The notes beneath the pieces were generated by a model. It ran no database searches, had not been told where the DNA came from, and worked only from the letters and a program-made list of their open reading frames with translations. From the NCBI GenBank assembly GCA_964604715.1, contig CAZRZR010000001.1:10197-34196 (forward strand): a stretch of DNA of 24,000 nt, read 5' to 3'. Of this stretch, positions 22,256 to 24,000 are shown in pieces. The number at the start of each line of letters is the position of its first letter. The stretch's first letter is position 1. The position numbers and the translations under genes were made by a program. Origin of the DNA: Candidatus Woesearchaeota archaeon (GTDB lineage: Archaea; Nanobdellota; Nanobdellia; Pacearchaeales; GW2011-AR1).

Positions 22256-23965
22256 CTAAAGACTATGCGCCCCAGTATTAGTCGTTCTCTGCTTCGTTAA
22301 CTCTTTCTTTATGTCTGCGAGTGAGGCAATATCTCCAGTTCCTCGTTCAGGCCGATAGTGTGAAATTCTAGGGAAACGCAATGCAAATCCTGACGAATAC
22401 GTCGGACTCGGTTGTATGTTTTGATAAGTCACAGAAACTACGACTTTAGGTTTGACATAAACAATATTACCTTCACGCTTAGTAACTATCTTCTGTAAAA
22501 TTTCGTCCAACTCCTTATAGGTCGTGCCCTCTTCACTGGTCTTTTCTTTCAACCCAGATGAGACACGACCAACTTCAACAAAATCATCTCCATCTCTGCA
22601 AGCTAAAATAAAACTAGTTAGTCCGCCAGCGCGCTTTCCTGTCCCGTATTCCGCACCTACAATAACCAAATCAAGATCTTGCTTAGCCGGTTTTAATTTA
22701 GCCATATATCCGACATATCTTCCAGCACGATAAGGCGCATCAAGTTTCTTGATCATAACGCCTTCTTCACCAATCTTCAAAGCTTCATGATAAAATTTCT
22801 CAGCCACATCAACCCTATCAGTAACTATCTGCTTCGCGAGTCGTATAACCCACGCTTTCTGTTTAACGATTTTCTCTATTAACTCTCTACGATCGCTAAA
22901 AGGCATATCCAATGTCGACTTACCGTCATAGTAAAGAATATCAAAAACATTAAGTTCAACAGGCAACTTAGCAGCCAATTCACTTATGTCATGCTTTCTC
23001 TTTATGCGTTGACTTATAGATTCGAACGGCAAGTACTTTTCAGTTTTATGATCAAATCCCACCGCCTCGGAATCAAGGATAAAACTTTCACCTTTAATAT
23101 GAGATTTAACAACACTAGTCACATCAGGAAACTGTTTAGTCACATCTTCCAGTCGTCTTGTAAATAATTTGATTTCCTTGCCATCGTAACTTATGACCAT
23201 TCTAAATCCGTCATACTTATGTTCAAACACACAAGGCTTTCCGCAAATTCTGAATCCATCCTCAAGATCCTCGGCCTTAGTAGCCAACATAACTTGAACT
23301 GGCCTTCCTGGCCGTAAATGAGCGCGATCAAAAGTCTTAGCCCCCTTAAACGCCATTCCTAAAATTTCCGCAAAATCATTAACGAGCGCATACGTTTGCT
23401 CAACTTTCTCAAGTATTGCCTTATCTCCCGAAAAGAAAGCAGATACAACCGCTTCCACTAAGATCGCATCAGCAACACCAACACGAAGATCTCCCATGAC
23501 AGTTCTGATCAAATAACGAGCTTCTTCAGGCCTAGCAGAGATAAGTAATTCTGAAATAATCGCAAGCTTCTTATCAACCGTTCCTTTTCCTTCTATAGAT
23601 GCGAGAGCTGAAAGCGAAGCAAACACGTGTTCAGCAGTCAAATCCCTTGCATATAACGCAGCCTGTTTCTTGTGAGCAAGCATATGAGCTGCGACGTCTC
23701 CAAGATCGCCCTTAGAAGAAAATTCCTTAGTTACCTTAGCACTATCAGCAGCAGTCGCCTTTGCAATTGATTTTATAACCAGTTGTGTGGACATTCCAAT
23801 TTCTCGTATATCGTAATCTGGAAAGACACGTCCACGAAGCAAATACACGAGTTCTTCCTGCCCCTTTAAATGCGGTAAAAATTCTGCAAGAATTTTAGTC
23901 TTCTCAAGTCTCTTAGTCGTACCGGAAAGCTTCTCATAAAGACTAACAAATGAACTATATTTCAT
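22256..23965 (-). CDS. lig: ATP-dependent DNA ligase
   Basis: EHKYDGFRM (KxDG adenylation motif), ILDSEAVGF, EGVMIKKL, DLVIVGAEYGTGKRAG and ALRFPRISHYRPE (motif VI). Confidence 0.95.
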   Translation of the reverse strand: MKYSSFVSLYEKLSGTTKRLEKTKILAEFLPHLKGQEELVYLLRGRVFPDYDIREIGMSTQLVIKSIAKATAADSAKVTKEFSSKGDLGDVAAHMLAHKKQAALYARDLTAEHVFASLSALASIEGKGTVDKKLAIISELLISARPEEARYLIRTVMGDLRVGVADAILVEAVVSAFFSGDKAILEKVEQTYALVNDFAEILGMAFKGAKTFDRAHLRPGRPVQVMLATKAEDLEDGFRICGKPCVFEHKYDGFRMVISYDGKEIKLFTRRLEDVTKQFPDVTSVVKSHIKGESFILDSEAVGFDHKTEKYLPFESISQRIKRKHDISELAAKLPVELNVFDILYYDGKSTLDMPFSDRRELIEKIVKQKAWVIRLAKQIVTDRVDVAEKFYHEALKIGEEGVMIKKLDAPYRAGRYVGYMAKLKPAKQDLDLVIVGAEYGTGKRAGGLTSFILACRDGDDFVEVGRVSSGLKEKTSEEGTTYKELDEILQKIVTKREGNIVYVKPKVVVSVTYQNIQPSPTYSSGFALRFPRISHYRPERGTGDIASLADIKKELTKQRTTNTGAHSL

Positions 23966-23986
23966 TTCAACGAGTAATAAACAAGA

Positions 23987-23994
23987 TATTTAAT
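23987..23994 (-). promoter_or_regulatory. TATA-like box of the DNA ligase gene
   Basis: The minus strand reads ATTAAATA. Its edge at 23994 is 29 nt from the ATG at 23965. Confidence 0.5.
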
Positions 23995-24000
23995 CCTTGC

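Noticed and set aside
1-24000. CRISPR arrays, IS elements or transposases, rRNA or other structured ncRNA genes
   Set aside because: I saw no spaced direct repeats and no transposase or integrase motifs. The noncoding gaps total about 1 kb with a maximum of 138 bp, which leaves no room for such elements.
1-24000. Alternative genetic code or stop-codon reassignment
   Set aside because: All conserved genes (proS, gatB, lig, tbp, S8 proteases) read through cleanly with the standard code and end at ordinary stops.

Overview
The window is an AT-rich, very compact (about 95% coding) stretch of an archaeal chromosome. Archaeal identity rests on TBP, an ATP-dependent DNA ligase, archaeal-type ProRS, an Nre-family protein, and TATA-box promoters with no Shine-Dalgarno sites. 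The compactness, leaderless layout and many surface proteins suggest a small-genome, DPANN-like archaeon, but that is inference only. All calls come from reading motifs by eye; no HMM or BLAST search was run.

Layout:
- 1-7965: a tandemly duplicated two-gene cassette on the minus strand. Each copy has a subtilisin-like S8 protease and a giant Cys-rich, Ca-loop, beta-helix surface protein. The leftmost giant gene runs off the window and is missing from the supplied ORF track; I translated it by hand.
- 8050-11140: a membrane protein coupled to a SufS-like cysteine desulfurase, then ProRS.
- 11228-13305: a small accessory-looking secreted set, comprising an anchored hypothetical, a 10-Cys mini-protein and a LamG protein.
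- 13384-24000: tRNA-Arg(UCG), SpoU methyltransferase, GatB, an acylphosphatase-UppS fusion, a DHH phosphoesterase, a membrane-tethered ArsR regulator, Nre with a C-terminal PIP box, a GIY-YIG protein, TBP, a cyclodipeptide-synthase-like gene and DNA ligase.

Most notable:
1. The duplicated protease plus surface-protein cassette, with conserved cores and diverged ends.
2. An orphan tRNA-dependent cyclodipeptide synthase homolog sitting among informational genes.
3. A rigid 29-nt spacing from TATA box to ATG. It implies leaderless mRNAs, corrects six ORF-track starts, and also places transcription initiation at the mature 5' end of the tRNA.
4. An acylphosphatase-UppS fusion.

No CRISPR array, transposase or integrase was seen.
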